Origin: Amoebidium appalachense
Taxonomy: Eukaryota; Protista; Ichthyosporea
Length of the DNA: 64,000 nt
Direction: 5' to 3'
Assembly: GCA_963693365.1 (NCBI GenBank)
Contig: CAVNZM010000002.1
Coordinates: 17,809,760-17,873,759, forward strand
The notes below the pieces were generated by a model. That model saw nothing but the letters and a program-made list of their open reading frames with translations, did no database searches and had not been told where the DNA came from. Both the position numbers and the translations under genes were made by a program. This document shows positions 62,151-64,000 of the stretch, one piece after another (the first letter of the stretch is position 1; each line of letters opens with the position of its first letter).

Positions 62151-63382
62151 TGTTGGAGTTCAGACTTACGCTCACTCCACAATATGTGTATGTTAGCTTT
62201 ACAATTGGTTCCGTGTACACAGACACACGCTGACACTCGATCACCACATGCACATCTGCATAGTTGAGGAATGTTGCCAATTGTGTTTTGACTGCAAACG
62301 ATTGGTTCACTGGTCCCAGAGATCTCTAAATGAAAGTAACCAATCCGATTAGCGCCTGGCATCCGGATTACATTCCAGACTGCTGCCCCACGGGTATATA
62401 AGCCACGTCTCTGCCAGGTGCAGACATGGAGTTCAGTCATGGAGTTCAGTCATGGAGTTCAGTCATGGAGTTCAGTGATGGAGTTCAGTCATGGAGTTAA
62501 GTCATGGAGTTCAGACATGGAGTTCAGTCATGGAGTTAACACACTGAAAGCAGTAAAAAAACGGGTCAGCGCCCAAGCGCGCCACGACGACCCTAGTCAC
62601 AGCGGACTCTACTTCCAACAGGGTTATGGGCCCAGACACGACACCGCGGCCTCTAACTTCACGTCCCCTACGACGCCTTGAACGGAGGAGCCAGAAACCG
62701 ACTTCTAGGCTGTACCCTACACCCGCGAGCGTATTTCCGTGAAGTAGAGACTTTCGCTTCCACAAACTCCATCCGCAGCAGCCTGCGACATCAACGTCAA
62801 GTATTCCACTTCATTGGCGGGGCACGCACCACAGTGGAATGCACACCCCGGTCTACCCTGCAAGCAGCTACACTCACTCTCTCTTCTCTACAGTGGTGTG
62901 TACACTTCTCCAATTGGGTAGGGGTGTTGGAGTGCAGACTTACGCTCACTCCACAATATGTGTATGTTAGCTTTACAATTGGTTCCGTGTACACAGACAC
63001 ACGCTGACACTCGATCACCACATGCACATCTGCATAGTTGAGGAATGTTGCCAATTGTGTTTTGACTGCAAACGATTGGTTCACTGGTCCCAGAGATCTC
63101 TAAATGAAAGTAACCAATCCGATTAGCACCTGGCATCCGGATTACATTCCAGACTGCTGCCCCACGGGTATATACTGCCACGTCTCTGCCAGGTGCAGAC
63201 ATGGAGTTCAGTCATGGAGTTCAGTGATGGAGTTCAGTCATGGAGTTCAGTCATGGAGTTAAGTCATGGAGTTCAGTCATGGAGTTCAGTCATGGAGTTA
63301 ACACACTGAAAGCAGTAAAAAAACGGGTCAGCGCCCAAGCGCGCCACGACGACCCTAGTCACAGCGGACTCTACTTCCAACA
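62151..63382 (+). mobile_element. TRIM-like non-autonomous LTR retrotransposon (copia-type PBS)
   Basis: LTR1 62151-62620 and LTR2 62925-63382 are near-identical with TGTTGGA...TCCAACA ends. GGGTTATGGGCCCAG follows LTR1 immediately; purine-rich GGGTAGGGG precedes LTR2. The interior is 304 bp and non-coding. 5-bp TSD ACATG at 62146-62150 and 63383-63387. Confidence 0.9.
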
Positions 63383-63410
63383 ACATGTAGTTGCACAGTC
63401 GGATGCAACT

Positions 63411-63839
63411 CTCTCCCCCCCCTGAAGTATGAGGGCGCAGTTGGTTGATGACGGGTGCTCAGCACATGTTGAGCATCCCCACGGCCTTGGTGAAGAAAGA
63501 GGCAGACAGGGCCTTGGTGAACATGTCGGCCTTGTTGTCAGCAGAAGCCACCGGGACCACAGTGATGTTGCCCAGCAGGTGATGTTCCTTGACGGAGCAG
63601 TAGCGGACGTCGATGTGCTTGGTCTTGGGCTTAACCCCCAGGGTGTCCAGCAGGGCCCGGGCAGACTCATTGTCCCCATGGATGGGCACCGGGGTGGGCT
63701 CATCGATAGGATTAAGGCCCAGGTCGTCCATCACATAGATGAGCCATAGGGCCTCGTTCGTAGCAGCAGACATGGCCACAAATTCAGCCTCGGTGGAGCT
63801 GTGGGTGGTGATGGACTGGAGCCGAGACACCCAGGACAC
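63411..63839 (-). mobile_element. Ty1/copia pol remnant: RNase HI domain followed by a polypurine tract
   Basis: ORF 63459..63839: SWVSRLQSITTHSSTEAEFVAMS...IHGDNESA...KTKHIDVRY...SADNKADMFTKAL. Purine tract AGGGGGGGGAGAG on the minus strand at 63423-63411. Upstream RT sequence is not recognisable within the window. Confidence 0.9.
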
Positions 63840-64000
63840 ATCAGCAATCTCCCCCCCCCTCGTAACCCCACCGAAGACCTCGTCGATGGGTTGGCACTGG
63901 TTTAGGACTGTCTAATGGATGGGTTTACGCTATATGAAGGAAAAACCTCCAAACCCGTCGACGACGTCGTAGACCGTCGGCGGAGTGGTTTACGACCCCT

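Noticed and set aside
62426-62540. CATGGAGTTCAGT array (also 63200-63300) and the 45-bp array at 37583-37745 as CRISPR-like arrays
   Set aside because: They are head-to-tail tandem repeats without unique spacers, there are no cas genes, and the context is eukaryotic LTR or intron sequence.

Overview
Eukaryotic, intron-rich genomic DNA from a protist- or fungus-like organism; the exact taxon cannot be determined from the sequence. It is saturated with (CA)n/(GT)n microsatellites and poly-C/poly-G tracts, which account for almost all ORFs in the supplied track. Five real genes can be reconstructed by hand: (1) a single-exon secreted, Thr-rich membrane protein with an integrin-beta-like double NPxF/NPxH tail (5013-5519, +); (2) 3-ketodihydrosphingosine reductase KDSR/TSC10 (6 exons, -), head-to-head with (3) a VAT1-like MDR quinone oxidoreductase (11 exons, +); (4) an ER-lumenal DnaJ protein (4 exons, -), divergent from (5) a nardilysin-like M16A peptidase (about 33 exons, +, two GC-AG introns). 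Mobile DNA comprises a 5'-truncated RNase H-bearing LINE with a 19-bp TSD, a decayed LINE in a VAT1 intron, two foldback MITEs, a hAT-type MITE, a TIR element, and a TRIM-like mini LTR element (5-bp TSD) nested next to a Ty1/copia remnant. The most interesting signal is a ~270-bp intronic repeat family (three near-complete copies and one 3' fragment). It carries all hammerhead-ribozyme core motifs (GUU, CGAAAC, CUGAGGA) in a non-circularly permuted order, with stems supported by compensatory changes between copies. Every copy is sense to its host gene and ends in a poly-C tract. Several single-base frameshifts in C/G runs are most likely consensus errors.
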